Shown here: positions 12,812 through 22,951 of the stretch, in pieces | Position numbering within the stretch: position 1 is the stretch's first letter | Layout of the letters: every line of letters begins with the position of its first letter | IMG/VR virus record: IMGVR_UViG_3300046534_000888 | Span: 1-56,018 of that record | Direction: 5' to 3' (one strand) | DNA: 56,018 bases | Source: a virus | Taxonomy: Duplodnaviria; Caudoviricetes | The notes under the pieces: model-generated | Seen by the model: the letters and a program-made list of their open reading frames with translations, nothing else | What the model was told of the DNA's origin: nothing | Databases searched by the model: none | Translations under genes and position numbers: made by a program

Positions 12812-13114
12812 CTATTTATAATTTTTGAAACGTACAATCCCCAAGTGAGTCAACTTATTAACCATACCCACGATCATTATATGTAAACGAGCATTAAAGA
12901 ATCGCCGCACAAGATAACCACGGATAATACTAAGCACAGTGAAAAGTGCGACAATGCCCCAATGTTGAGTCGAGGTGAATTCCATGCCTAAAACCCAAGC
13001 GATGATAGGCCATGCACCCAAACCTACAAGGAACCCGATCACTGTATTGGTAATAGTCTCAAGCAACGATACAAGTTTGCTTTGATTTTCGATATAAACG
13101 TCTCGTTCACCCAT
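12812..13114 (-). CDS. small membrane protein
   Basis: Two hydrophobic segments. Confidence 0.7.
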   Translation of the reverse strand: MGERDVYIENQSKLVSLLETITNTVIGFLVGLGAWPIIAWVLGMEFTSTQHWGIVALFTVLSIIRGYLVRRFFNARLHIMIVGMVNKLTHLGIVRFKNYK

Positions 13115-13376
13115 AAGTTTTAAAATACAGTTGCGTAGTTTCCTGATAGGTAAAAGTACATTCATCAATATTAGCTATGACTATATTTGAATGCATATCT
13201 AAATCACCAGGTTCTGCTTTTATCACAACTTCATTGTCTAGAACAACTATTAATTGTTCCCTTGGGTATCTCGAGATATAATCACCGGACATATCAACAT
13301 TGATATGGGTCCAAGCACTCTGCTCGAGAGTACATTCCCTAGTGATAGTTGTGTGGTTCTTAATTGTTCCTGCCAT
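13107..13376 (-). CDS. hypothetical protein
   Basis: ORF track. Confidence 0.65.
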   Translation of the reverse strand: MAGTIKNHTTITRECTLEQSAWTHINVDMSGDYISRYPREQLIVVLDNEVVIKAEPGDLDMHSNIVIANIDECTFTYQETTQLYFKTYG

Positions 13377-13472
13377 TTCATAGCCCTTTTATCAAAAAAT
13401 ATATAAACGACGATACATACCCGACAGCAAACCCTGCTATATAGCAAAGGAATATATGGGTAATAAAGTTTT

Positions 13473-13664
13473 TCAATGCCATTGCCCGCCAAAATATTTA
13501 CTAATGGTTTGATTACAACATTTACAACAGGTATGCTCGTTTGCATGTGTAGTAATATGCTTCCAAGACTTGCCTGGAAAATGACCGAATTTCCTACAGA
13601 TTCTCTGCCGGATTCTATCAAGTATATTACTGCCTAGCATATTACTCTCCATTATCATCGCCAA
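13473..13664 (-). CDS. hypothetical Cys/His-rich protein
   Basis: C..FGH...CKCC. Confidence 0.55.
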   Translation of the reverse strand: MAMIMESNMLGSNILDRIRQRICRKFGHFPGKSWKHITTHANEHTCCKCCNQTISKYFGGQWH

Positions 13665-13971
13665 AGTTGATTTTTATACTCGATGTAAACATTGTCTCAC
13701 ACGCTTTTTCATAATCATTCAAGCTCTGAACATTTAAAGTACCCCATGGTTCGACCGTAGTCGTAGGATATTCAGGAACTTCAACATCAGGAACTTCAAC
13801 ATCATCGGCTTCATTGAATGTTCCAAACGAAAGATCACTATCGAATGTTACATCACCTTCCATTGGTTCGACGTAGTGATCACCAAACAACTCATGAAGT
13901 TCCCAATAAATTTCCTGCGCTTCTTCAATAGTGTACTCGAGACTATTGATCTTTATTGAGAGATTGCTCAT
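13642..13971 (-). CDS. hypothetical acidic protein
   Basis: ORF track; ATGA overlap. Confidence 0.7.
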   Translation of the reverse strand: MSNLSIKINSLEYTIEEAQEIYWELHELFGDHYVEPMEGDVTFDSDLSFGTFNEADDVEVPDVEVPEYPTTTVEPWGTLNVQSLNDYEKACETMFTSSIKINFGDDNGE

Positions 13972-14156
13972 TCGTAAAGCATCACTGGTGTTTCTGCAAG
14001 GACCCTTGCAATATTACTTCGAACAATGCTTCTTGCTTCAGCAGTGAATGAAGGGTCTGGGTCAAAGAAAGCATTCATATATTGCAGCTTCTCCATTAAA
14101 GTAGGGAAAGGTGCTAATTGTGCTTCCATAATAGCTATTTGTTGTTCTTTATTCAT
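13968..14156 (-). CDS. hypothetical protein
   Basis: ATGA overlaps both sides. Confidence 0.7.
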   Translation of the reverse strand: MNKEQQIAIMEAQLAPFPTLMEKLQYMNAFFDPDPSFTAEARSIVRSNIARVLAETPVMLYE

Positions 14157-14656
14157 TGTAATCTCTTTATTAGGTTAGTGTTGTAATACATGGGATAACT
14201 TGTAACTTCACTGATTATCCAATCGGGTAAAACTACTTGATAATCTTCGTCGGGTAGTTCAATTTCGGCAATCACGAAAGGAATCTCTTCATGCCAGAAC
14301 AGATCAACCTCCCATTTCAATTCAGGATTCTCATGATATGGTAATGAGGTTCTAGTTTTCATTAGGACTTGAGGGCAAAACTTAAGCATTTCCAGACCGT
14401 CCTCATATGGAATCTCATATTCAAATTCATGCTTTGAGAATGCACCTGAATCCATCGCTCGCTTTACTGTAATAAATGCCTGATTCAATGGGACTGATTT
14501 ATCAGTCGTGGTTTGTGCTCGAATACGGAGTACAGTATTCGTGGCATTATCCTGCATGACGTACCCTTGCTCGATATGAGCAATATGGATAGCTGCATAA
14601 TCTGGATTGAACTTCTCGGCATCGACCAGAAATTTCCTTTCTATTTCAATGCTCAT
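14153..14656 (-). CDS. CYTH domain protein (triphosphate tunnel metalloenzyme)
   Basis: EIERKFLV, IEQGY, LRIR, EFEYEIP, WEVD.F, AEIEL. Confidence 0.92.
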   Translation of the reverse strand: MSIEIERKFLVDAEKFNPDYAAIHIAHIEQGYVMQDNATNTVLRIRAQTTTDKSVPLNQAFITVKRAMDSGAFSKHEFEYEIPYEDGLEMLKFCPQVLMKTRTSLPYHENPELKWEVDLFWHEEIPFVIAEIELPDEDYQVVLPDWIISEVTSYPMYYNTNLIKRLQ

Positions 14657-14900
14657 TCCTTTTCCTCGCTTTTTGATATTCGTAATTTAACAGACAAAGC
14701 CAAAGCCAAAGTGTAATAAACATACCTACAAACAAATAATCCCAAGCGTGTTGAAAGGGCGCGCCCCAGAAAAGAGTTTCAATTCCTGCTTCGAACAAAT
14801 TGAAGACCATAAAGCCTCCCCACACCCAATAGGATATTGACACATAAGAACCTTCGGCATTCACGACAAGCCAATACGAAAATTGATTGAAAGTTTTCAT
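14646..14900 (-). CDS. membrane protein
   Basis: Hydrophobic segments. Confidence 0.7.
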   Translation of the reverse strand: MKTFNQFSYWLVVNAEGSYVSISYWVWGGFMVFNLFEAGIETLFWGAPFQHAWDYLFVGMFITLWLWLCLLNYEYQKARKRNEH

Positions 14901-15085
14901 CGCTTGTCGTCACCGAATGTGTCCATCCAATACGCAACAATCTTCTTGGCTTCATCAATTGTGCAATCAAACTCCGCTTCAACATATGCAGGCGAACCAT
15001 ACATATTTGTAGCGCCTGACTCACGAAGGTTATCAAGATATTCTAGGTGATCATCTGTGATGATATCATTTCTTACAGTTTTCAT
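14897..15085 (-). CDS. hypothetical phage protein
   Basis: YLD.LRESG.TNM.G...Y motif. Confidence 0.8.
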   Translation of the reverse strand: MKTVRNDIITDDHLEYLDNLRESGATNMYGSPAYVEAEFDCTIDEAKKIVAYWMDTFGDDKR

Positions 15086-15630
15086 TATAAAGACTCCAGT
15101 AATTCTTGTTTGGTTCGAAAAACATTGTCTGGGACGTTATTCCCATCTCGGAAGGTGTATTTAACAATTTTAATAATGTCGCCCGACACTGTGGAACGTT
15201 CAGTTATTACGCGCTGACCTATTTGTTTCGACGCGACCGCATTATCATTCATGAAGTAGACAATCTCGTAAATATGGAACATATCCGGTTCTGGTGTAGA
15301 TAACTCAATACCAACAATCGATTCCTCAGATACCGGCGCAGCTTCAATCAATTCAATGCGACCATCATAATCGTTATTCATAACCATCAAAACGAATATA
15401 ACTTCACCTACGCGAGACTTGCCATCCCGAAGCGTATTATGATCACCTGCAAAAAAATCAGATTCAACCTCAACTTCATAAGCTTTATTCGGTTCTGATA
15501 TACCAATGACACCAATGATACCAATGATAGTTCCCGTAATATAGGATATATCATTGAAGCCATCGAACGACCGGGCATCGAACGACCGGATTGTATCTCC
15601 GACCTTGAAGTTTGTAAAATCGTATGTCAT
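15085..15630 (-). CDS. hypothetical early protein (N-terminal part paralogous to 35503-35763)
   Basis: VGDTIRSFD...SRVGEVIFV...DYDGRI. Confidence 0.8.
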   Translation of the reverse strand: MTYDFTNFKVGDTIRSFDARSFDGFNDISYITGTIIGIIGVIGISEPNKAYEVEVESDFFAGDHNTLRDGKSRVGEVIFVLMVMNNDYDGRIELIEAAPVSEESIVGIELSTPEPDMFHIYEIVYFMNDNAVASKQIGQRVITERSTVSGDIIKIVKYTFRDGNNVPDNVFRTKQELLESL

Positions 15631-15730
15631 AATATAGGCTTCTCAATTAATTTATACATGTATTATATCACGGACTATAGGGTTTGTCAACGACTTAGTT
15701 CGTATATCGTTAGAACTTTTAGTTATATGT

Positions 15731-15824
15731 CCATGCCGTCACAGAATACCCTTAATAATCGTTCTAGTTCCACGTCAGTGGCATAAAATGGGTCGAGTCG
15801 GCGTGGACCATTCCAGCACCGACT
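15731..15824. ncRNA. candidate pseudoknotted RNA
   Basis: atgcc/ggcat and agtcgg/ccgact stems; loops ccacg/cgtgg complementary. Confidence 0.4.
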
Positions 15825-15840
15825 ATTCTTACTTTATACA

Positions 15841-16308
15841 TTACAAATCCTTGAATTCCAACTTAACACATGTTTTATCTTTGAATGAACGGTACCACAA
15901 TGTAATCATAGATGGGTCTTTTTCAGGTTTTTCAGGTTTTTCAGGTTTAGTGAATTCCCTACGGTTTAAACGTCTATAATAAACTTCTATTTGGTGAAAA
16001 CCACAATACGAAGCAAAACAGAGACCGAAAATAATCCATACACCTACCATGGTACCCTCAAGTCCATCAGCAGTTGCAAACCATGTTCCCCAAACATCAA
16101 AGACAAAACCTACAAATAGGAATTGCAAAGGAACAATTACAAAGAAATGAAATGCCATTGCTATTCCAACACCGGCCATTATAAATATGATAATTGTTGA
16201 GATAAGTTTTCTTACATACCTACAGATATCGTCGGGAATGCTTTGACTATCCCAATTAGCGAGAAACTTGTAATGGCCTGAGTTTTTGTTCAAAGTAAAT
16301 TTTTTCAT
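15841..16308 (-). CDS. membrane protein
   Basis: Hydrophobic segments, KPE repeats. Confidence 0.8.
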   Translation of the reverse strand: MKKFTLNKNSGHYKFLANWDSQSIPDDICRYVRKLISTIIIFIMAGVGIAMAFHFFVIVPLQFLFVGFVFDVWGTWFATADGLEGTMVGVWIIFGLCFASYCGFHQIEVYYRRLNRREFTKPEKPEKPEKDPSMITLWYRSFKDKTCVKLEFKDL

Positions 16309-16327
16309 AATATAGTATATCCTGTTT

Positions 16328-16537
16328 TCATTTCATTTTTTCCTCGTCTGTCAACATATCGACCCGTAAGGCTTTTGCCATTAAAAAGAACCCCATAATG
16401 GAGGTCGTTTGCAAAGCCAATCTTAAACTGCCTTTATCGTTAATTGTTCGAATATCCGCAGGTATTCTCTCGACAAGTTCATCCACTATAGCAGTTAATA
16501 ACTCTTCTCGTCTTATGTCATATTCAGCTTGATTCAT
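16328..16537 (-). CDS. hypothetical protein
   Basis: TAATG coupling. Confidence 0.7.
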   Translation of the reverse strand: MNQAEYDIRREELLTAIVDELVERIPADIRTINDKGSLRLALQTTSIMGFFLMAKALRVDMLTDEEKMK

Positions 16538-16770
16538 TACTCTTTATCCTTTTTAGGTAATACGATTTGTGCCAGAAGATCAAGTTCATTCGGTCGCATA
16601 ATCGCCTTTTCAGAGTACGCTCTGCAATCACCGAAGGCAGTCCATGAATTCGCCGCGGCAAATATTCTAACCGTTTCCTCAAGCACTAGAATACGATCAA
16701 GCGCTTCGGCCGTTACCGAAGCATATCCACTATGTTCACAATCACGTAATCTTTCATTCAAGTTTTTCAT
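16537..16770 (-). CDS. hypothetical protein
   Basis: AGGAG RBS. Confidence 0.75.
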   Translation of the reverse strand: MKNLNERLRDCEHSGYASVTAEALDRILVLEETVRIFAAANSWTAFGDCRAYSEKAIMRPNELDLLAQIVLPKKDKE

Positions 16771-16781
16771 TACATCACTCC

Positions 16782-16982
16782 TTATTGATAATCGTCGATT
16801 AGTCGACCATGGCTGTGTGGATGAGGCGTCTTCTTCGTTGTTTTACAAACCGCGGATAGTCGATCTAAAGCTCTAATCATTTCATCGGGTGTATAGTTAT
16901 CAATATCACGCTGCAGAATCTTTAAATTCTTGCGAAGATATGCAACATCTAGACCGTATCGATTTGTTCCTTGATTACTCAC
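16782..16982 (-). CDS. hypothetical protein
   Basis: ORF track. Confidence 0.7.
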   Translation of the reverse strand: MSNQGTNRYGLDVAYLRKNLKILQRDIDNYTPDEMIRALDRLSAVCKTTKKTPHPHSHGRLIDDYQ

Positions 16983-16985
16983 TAC

Positions 16986-17486
16986 TCACTCCACCGATTC
17001 CGGTAAATCAATTTTAAGTATGTTACGAATTTGTTTTAATGACATTTCGGCTTTATCCGAACGATAATTCGCCAAAGATTTAGCTTTGGTTAAATCTTTG
17101 ATCTTTCGCATTAAAGCTTTCTCTGAAGCACTTCGAGCTAATCGTTCTGCATCCAGTCCCGATCTTAATTGTGCAACAGTTATTAGTAATGCTTCTTTGT
17201 CGCGTTCATCAAATGGTATTGGAACTAGATGTTCGTCACGTATACCTAAACGTCTTGCCAATTCCAACTTATCTATTAATTCTAAACCATCGCGTTTCTC
17301 AACCTTAACCTCAAGTTCATCAATACGAATTTGCTGCTGCATCCACGCTGACATAGCCATGACTCGGCCTGTGGTTTGATTCTGTTTCGCCCACCATTCA
17401 TCAAATGGTATTGGAACTAGATGTTCGTCACGTATACCTAAACGTCTTGCCAATTCCAACTTATCTATTAATTCTAAACCACTCAT
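16986..17486 (-). CDS. hypothetical protein with exact internal duplication
   Basis: GLELIDKLELARRLGIRDEHLVPIPFDE twice (85-bp repeat 17205-17289 / 17397-17481). Confidence 0.75.
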   Translation of the reverse strand: MSGLELIDKLELARRLGIRDEHLVPIPFDEWWAKQNQTTGRVMAMSAWMQQQIRIDELEVKVEKRDGLELIDKLELARRLGIRDEHLVPIPFDERDKEALLITVAQLRSGLDAERLARSASEKALMRKIKDLTKAKSLANYRSDKAEMSLKQIRNILKIDLPESVE

Positions 17487-17806
17487 TCTGTCACCTCAGA
17501 AATTAGTTTTGCCGTTCTAATTTCCTCGTAGTCAACTCCACTTTCTTCAATGATATCTACTGCGAATGATAGTTCCTCGACAAGTTCATCAAGCTTCGCG
17601 TCTCTTTCGATCAATGCAGACTGACAACTTTCAAGTAAAATCGATTTAACACCACTTTCAAGTAAAATCTTAACGTTGGCGCCTGTCTGCATTAATTCCA
17701 CTTGGAGTTTTGATTCCTTGAGCTCGGCTTCGAGCTCTCTGATTTTTCCCGCGGCCCAACGAGCAGTATAAGTGCCCTTGTCAAGTTTTTCCATTTCATC
17801 ATTCAT
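17483..17806 (-). CDS. hypothetical coiled-coil protein
   Basis: ORF track. Confidence 0.7.
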   Translation of the reverse strand: MNDEMEKLDKGTYTARWAAGKIRELEAELKESKLQVELMQTGANVKILLESGVKSILLESCQSALIERDAKLDELVEELSFAVDIIEESGVDYEEIRTAKLISEVTE

Positions 17807-17828
17807 GCGATTAATTCCATTGCATCAT

Positions 17829-18119
17829 TCATACGATCTCTTCGACAAACTTAACTATTTTATCACGAGGGTTGTCGGATATATTTTTACGAGCATCAAA
17901 TTCGTATAGGTATCTCTTTTCACCTAAACAACCGGTGAAATAATCCACAACGTAGAAGACCCTTGGTTCTGCAGGTTTAACTCTAAAATCCCATATGTCA
18001 AAGTTCCAACATGGATCTCGTAAATCCATCCAGTCCGATGAATTACAAGGGGCTCCTTGTATCGTTTTACCTTCATCAAAAGCAAGAATCACCGCGACCA
18101 TTTCTTTCGTATTCATCAT
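17829..18119 (-). CDS. hypothetical phage protein
   Basis: A..EGK.IQ...W.D...P.W.F....FRVKP. Confidence 0.8.
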   Translation of the reverse strand: MMNTKEMVAVILAFDEGKTIQGAPCNSSDWMDLRDPCWNFDIWDFRVKPAEPRVFYVVDYFTGCLGEKRYLYEFDARKNISDNPRDKIVKFVEEIV

Positions 18120-18577
18120 TATAGACCCTCGTCTGATGCATTATCGAGTGCATTCACCGCAAGTCTATGTAATTCATCCCCAACTTTATGGATATCATAC
18201 CACATCGGTAAAATTTGCTCCAATGCTTCCTTGTAAATTCGATTTTGTTCACGAAGGGTTTCAAGGTTTTCCTTGGCTTCACGTAGAATTATAACTTCTC
18301 GTTCAGCCTTCTTGGTCTGTTCATGAAGGGCTGCGATTTCAAGTTCATTTGCTACTTGATCACTGTAGTCACCAACCCACTCTTTCAACAGACCCACAAT
18401 AGTGACGGCCTGATCACGGTCTATGATAATCCTTTCCATATATGAGGAAGAATGCCATCCTTGATTCATTTGAATCATCTGACCGCGAGAGCCGCCGTGG
18501 AATGAAGCCAATGAGACATCTTTCACAGAGGTCGGTGGCTCCGTTTTTGATCTTGCAATTCCTAAATCTTTGCTCAT
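18119..18577 (-). CDS. hypothetical protein
   Basis: ORF track; overlap coupling. Confidence 0.75.
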   Translation of the reverse strand: MSKDLGIARSKTEPPTSVKDVSLASFHGGSRGQMIQMNQGWHSSSYMERIIIDRDQAVTIVGLLKEWVGDYSDQVANELEIAALHEQTKKAEREVIILREAKENLETLREQNRIYKEALEQILPMWYDIHKVGDELHRLAVNALDNASDEGL

Positions 18578-18840
18578 AACATAATTTCCTGTTCAATTTC
18601 TGGTAACTTATAACATTCGAGATAAAACCAATGCCATGTCGTTTCGTACCGCGCGGAAATGTTGATATCCCTACCATCGATAGATTTAAAGACGTACATT
18701 ATCTTCTTTTCCGTTGACGATACCGCCACAACTTCAACTATGGCTCGTTCAGGACCCCAAGTTCTACAATGTAGAATCATTCCCACATAGGGTTTTGGGT
18801 AATGCCTCGGTGCCCTTTTAAATATATCGAATAAAAACAT
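18574..18840 (-). CDS. hypothetical protein
   Basis: GAGG RBS before MFLFD. Confidence 0.7.
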   Translation of the reverse strand: MFLFDIFKRAPRHYPKPYVGMILHCRTWGPERAIVEVVAVSSTEKKIMYVFKSIDGRDINISARYETTWHWFYLECYKLPEIEQEIML

Positions 18841-18850
18841 ATTAATACCT

Positions 18851-19060
18851 CTATTGTAGGAAAATTCCAATTGGGCTGCCCGATGTAACAGGACCTGCAG
18901 GACGAATATCTTTCTTTTGGGCCCAAGTCTTGGTTAATGATTCATCTTCGAACCACCCGATGGTGACTTCGTTAGCACTCATTTCAGTGATTTCACCAAA
19001 AGACGAGGCAATCATCATTCCCCAAACCCCCTTAACTTTCGTTCCAATTTCAATTTTCAT
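18851..19060 (-). CDS. hypothetical early protein
   Basis: First ORF after early promoter cassette. Confidence 0.75.
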   Translation of the reverse strand: MKIEIGTKVKGVWGMMIASSFGEITEMSANEVTIGWFEDESLTKTWAQKKDIRPAGPVTSGSPIGIFLQ

Positions 19061-19184
19061 AATATAGGCTTCTCAATTAATTTATACATGTATTATATCA
19101 TGGGTGTCTGGGTATGTCAACAACTATTTCAAAATTAGTTCGTATATCGTTAGAACTTTTAGTTATATGTCGAGTTCTCGACAC

Positions 19185-20498
19185 CTACATCTTCTCACCA
19201 GCACTCATACCACGGAATCGAAGGAATCGCGGGAATCTCAGGCTATATGTGTCGAGATCTCGACTCTTAGTGATGGCATCCGCCTTGACTTCCACGATAG
19301 AACCGACCGGATTCAATCCACACCAAATGTCATCTCGCATCTCATCCGTTAACCCTGACCCAACGTTCACCAAAATCTCTTTGCCATCCTCAACACCATG
19401 ACACACCAGTGCACCTAGTGTACCTTCGAACTTCCCAGTACCTTCCTCAAGTTTGATGATTTCAAGGTCTACGGTGATGAATGGTTTGAGTTTCAACCAA
19501 TCGGTAGATCGTTTGCATTGATACTTCGCGTCAAGTTCTTTCAGCATGATGCCTTCATAGCCACCCTCAATCGCAAGGTTATTGATATCCTTGTAACGAG
19601 CCTGACCTTCATCAGTATCAAGATCAACTACTTCACTACGGAGAAATTGAATCGCCGATAAAGTATGATATTTGGTTGCGAAACCATCGATGATAGCTGA
19701 TCGTTCTTCTTGCGTGCCTGTACTTTCCCCAGCGAGGAATTCACTCAATGGCAGTATGTCGAACACATTGAGCACCGCGTCACCGGCATCAACATCACTC
19801 TGTCGATTCACTTGGGTCATAAGGTCTTGGAAGTTACTAGACATAATCTCACCATCAAGCACCATATCTTCCGAGAATGAAAGATTCTCTCTCAATGCAT
19901 CTTTCGTATGACCAAAGTTATGAAGTTCGCGACCATTACGAGATGTTTGTATGATTTCACCATTGGTCTTCATTATAGTCAGAACACGAACACCATCAAG
20001 TTTCACCTCGATTTGCTTTTTCCCTGTAACCTTCTTTTCATGTTTCGCACTATCATGAGCGAGCATACAGGTAAATACGGGAATTTTGTATTGAGGAGTT
20101 TTTGCCGCTTTCACAGCTTTGTTTACAGATGATTCACTGAATCCTGCCCGCATATCTTGAATAAGAATACGGCGGAACCAGTCATCCCATTGGGATTGAC
20201 CAGACTTTTCCATTGCAGCGATAATGGCATCACGAGCCGCATGGCCTGTCAGCTCACGCGCCTCAAGTTGTCGAGTCAATTCAACGAATGAATCCCACGG
20301 TAACTCTTGTTGGTCGGTCGGTGAGACTGTCGAAAATGTTATTTGTTTCACCCCGAATGTGGTGAGTGGATGGAGTGCTAATCGGAGACCATGGAAAAAT
20401 TCATCATTTCCCCGTTTGGCCTCGGTAGTTAGAACATCTACCTTGAAGTTCTTGCTATTGTCGCTTTCGATGTGTTGAATGATTTTCCACGGTTCCAT
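19185..20498 (-). CDS. lig: ATP-dependent DNA ligase
   Basis: Motif I VKLDGVR, LDGEI, VFDIL, EGIMLK, WLKLK, SLRFPRF. Confidence 0.96.
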   Translation of the reverse strand: MEPWKIIQHIESDNSKNFKVDVLTTEAKRGNDEFFHGLRLALHPLTTFGVKQITFSTVSPTDQQELPWDSFVELTRQLEARELTGHAARDAIIAAMEKSGQSQWDDWFRRILIQDMRAGFSESSVNKAVKAAKTPQYKIPVFTCMLAHDSAKHEKKVTGKKQIEVKLDGVRVLTIMKTNGEIIQTSRNGRELHNFGHTKDALRENLSFSEDMVLDGEIMSSNFQDLMTQVNRQSDVDAGDAVLNVFDILPLSEFLAGESTGTQEERSAIIDGFATKYHTLSAIQFLRSEVVDLDTDEGQARYKDINNLAIEGGYEGIMLKELDAKYQCKRSTDWLKLKPFITVDLEIIKLEEGTGKFEGTLGALVCHGVEDGKEILVNVGSGLTDEMRDDIWCGLNPVGSIVEVKADAITKSRDLDTYSLRFPRFLRFRGMSAGEKM

Positions 20499-20558
20499 AA
20501 TGTATCTCTATTTGAATTATACATGTATTATATCACGGGTAGTTTCATTTGTCAACCA

Positions 20559-20795
20559 TTATTTTCCACAATCCATGATTTTCACGTTTTCTTCACGAAA
20601 AACGATGTTAGACTCATGAATCCATGATTTAAAGATCGTAAATAACCCGAAAAACGTGTGGCATCGTTCAATATAGACAGAAGTTATGTCATCAATCGTT
20701 TCAATTTTCATCCGGCCAGACCAATTATATTTTTCGTATGGGGTTAGTCGAGTACCATATCTCCCCCAGTCTTCAACATATGCTTTGGTGATCAT
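20559..20795 (-). CDS. hypothetical protein
   Basis: ORF track. Confidence 0.65.
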   Translation of the reverse strand: MITKAYVEDWGRYGTRLTPYEKYNWSGRMKIETIDDITSVYIERCHTFFGLFTIFKSWIHESNIVFREENVKIMDCGK

Positions 20796-20983
20796 CGGTT
20801 CCTGCCATATTCATCAGAGGCTATGATCTTATTATAACTCTGATAAAGGTCAGGTGCAACACGATTAAATGCCGCAACCACACAACCACCATTATAAGAC
20901 ATCTCCAATTCAATTAGATTTTGAATACAGACTTCGTTGTTCAATTCAAGCAAATTCATCAATGCAGTTTCTATTTCACTCAT
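20792..20983 (-). CDS. hypothetical protein
   Basis: ORF track. Confidence 0.65.
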   Translation of the reverse strand: MSEIETALMNLLELNNEVCIQNLIELEMSYNGGCVVAAFNRVAPDLYQSYNKIIASDEYGRNR

Positions 20984-21130
20984 TCGATCACCTTTGTGTA
21001 ATGTTTTAATAATGTTCCCTCATGTATCATATGACTCTTACCACTACCTAACTTTTTGGTGTTCCAGTGAAGGTTTCCACTCTTTCTATTCACCAGCTCA
21101 ATGATTACATTTGAGGTGTTTGATTTAAAC

Positions 21131-21481
21131 CTAAATCCTTTTTTGAGCTTCATCACTTCTATCTCTCAATAGAGCAATAGATTCATCATTTGAAATGTTT
21201 TCAATTAAAAAGTCAACCCATTTTCGCATGGTAGCATCACCTTCATTGGGAACTATATTATAGAACTGCTCTACAAAATTCACAGCCAAGACTTCCATAT
21301 CATATAAATCCAAACATTCAACAGACCCGGCAAAGTCAACAGAACCAACACAATCTTCACCCCAACCTTCATAAGCATTTACAATCGCTTGATGAATGTC
21401 CGCGGCCGTTGCAGTTGCGAAAAACATTGGATATGCTGAACCGTCACCGCCGTTTGATACACTATAATAAATTGTGTTCAT
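21131..21481 (-). CDS. hypothetical protein
   Basis: YYSV.NGGDGSAYP.FF. Confidence 0.75.
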   Translation of the reverse strand: MNTIYYSVSNGGDGSAYPMFFATATAADIHQAIVNAYEGWGEDCVGSVDFAGSVECLDLYDMEVLAVNFVEQFYNIVPNEGDATMRKWVDFLIENISNDESIALLRDRSDEAQKRI

Positions 21482-21720
21482 TCGACTTCAACATGAGTAG
21501 CCAATGGAAATTTTGGTGGATATGCACCTACCTGATAACCCCAAAATTCTGGCGGTTCGATGAATTTCGGTTCCTCATCCATCATCAAGGATACAGCAAA
21601 GATCAACCCGTTGGCCATTCCATGCATATACGGGTCCCAGTTCCAATTACCATCACGCAATTGAATGTCTCGCATTTCTTTGAGTTTCTTTGCTCGACCT
21701 TCTATTTCTTTCTTTAACAT
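21478..21720 (-). CDS. hypothetical phage protein
   Basis: GNWN.DPYMHGMANGL. Confidence 0.8.
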   Translation of the reverse strand: MLKKEIEGRAKKLKEMRDIQLRDGNWNWDPYMHGMANGLIFAVSLMMDEEPKFIEPPEFWGYQVGAYPPKFPLATHVEVE

Positions 21721-21724
21721 AATT

Positions 21725-22951
21725 TTAACCCTTCACATTAATAACTTGATTCAATCGATATTTGATCTCAACTAAATCATCCTGTGCCGCCATTACAGCA
21801 CCTATATCTTTGTATGCTGCAGGACTTTCGTCAATCACATCAGCATCAAGTCGTGCTTCGATTCCCTTCATTGCGGTTGCATGATCATCCATGGAGATCA
21901 CTTTCTTAGCTTCGGTTCTTGACATAACCCGACCTGCGCCATGTGAACAACTACAGAAAGATTCCTTGCTACCCAGGCCTTCCACGATGAATGAGCCAGT
22001 ACCCATTGAACCTGGGATTATTCCCATATCACCAGTACGAGCACGCACAGCACCTTTTCTTGTCACCCATACATTAGAACCAAAATGATTCTCTTGGCTG
22101 ATATAGTTATGGTGACAGTTAACTGCACTATTCACAATTTGGAAATCGGTAAGATGCTTTCTTAACACACCCAACACAGACTCCATCATCAGTTCACGAT
22201 TGATTCGAGCGAAATCTTGTCCGAATAAAACCGCGTCAACATAGTCATCGAATATTTCAGTGCGTTCGACCAAATAGGATAAATCCTTATCTGGTAAGTA
22301 ACTATCGATATGATATCGCTCCATTTCTCTTTTTGCTTTGTCAATGAAATACATACCAATTCTGTTACCAACACCTCGTGAACCCGAGTGCAACATAACC
22401 CACACACTGTCGTTTTCGTCAAGACAAACTTCGATGAAATGGTTGCCAGTACCTAACGTACCAAGATGCGCCATTGTATTGAATGCTTTCGCTTTTGGGT
22501 GCTTCCCTATAATCTTATCATATCGATCGGACAATGAATTCCATGCTGATATGTGACTAACAGGTGATTTACTACCCCAACCGCCCTTATCATTACGACC
22601 ACCATTGTCGCTTCGACCGTGAGGTATCATCGATTCAATATGTGTTCGAATGTTATGAAGGTTATCTGGTAAGTCAGACGCGGTTAATGTAGTTTGTACT
22701 GCCATCATTCCGCAACCGATATCAACACCGACCGCGGCAGGAACAATAGCTCCTTTTGTCGCGATAACAGAACCGATTGTAGCGCCCATACCCCAGTGTA
22801 CATCAGGCATTGCAGCCACATGCTTATGAATGAATGGCAACTTGGCAATATTATGCAATTGCTCACGTGCTCTATCGTCTAATAAAACACCTTTTGTCCA
22901 ATGCTTGATTGGTGAACCATCAGTTTCTTCATATATAAAATTAGTTTTCAT
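21725..22951 (-). CDS. rtcB: RtcB RNA-splicing/repair ligase
   Basis: MPDVH.G.G, VGVDIGCG, GTLG.GNHF.E, HSGSRG, HHNY, IPGSMG, SHGAGR, DESP.AYK. Confidence 0.97.
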   Translation of the reverse strand: MKTNFIYEETDGSPIKHWTKGVLLDDRAREQLHNIAKLPFIHKHVAAMPDVHWGMGATIGSVIATKGAIVPAAVGVDIGCGMMAVQTTLTASDLPDNLHNIRTHIESMIPHGRSDNGGRNDKGGWGSKSPVSHISAWNSLSDRYDKIIGKHPKAKAFNTMAHLGTLGTGNHFIEVCLDENDSVWVMLHSGSRGVGNRIGMYFIDKAKREMERYHIDSYLPDKDLSYLVERTEIFDDYVDAVLFGQDFARINRELMMESVLGVLRKHLTDFQIVNSAVNCHHNYISQENHFGSNVWVTRKGAVRARTGDMGIIPGSMGTGSFIVEGLGSKESFCSCSHGAGRVMSRTEAKKVISMDDHATAMKGIEARLDADVIDESPAAYKDIGAVMAAQDDLVEIKYRLNQVINVKG

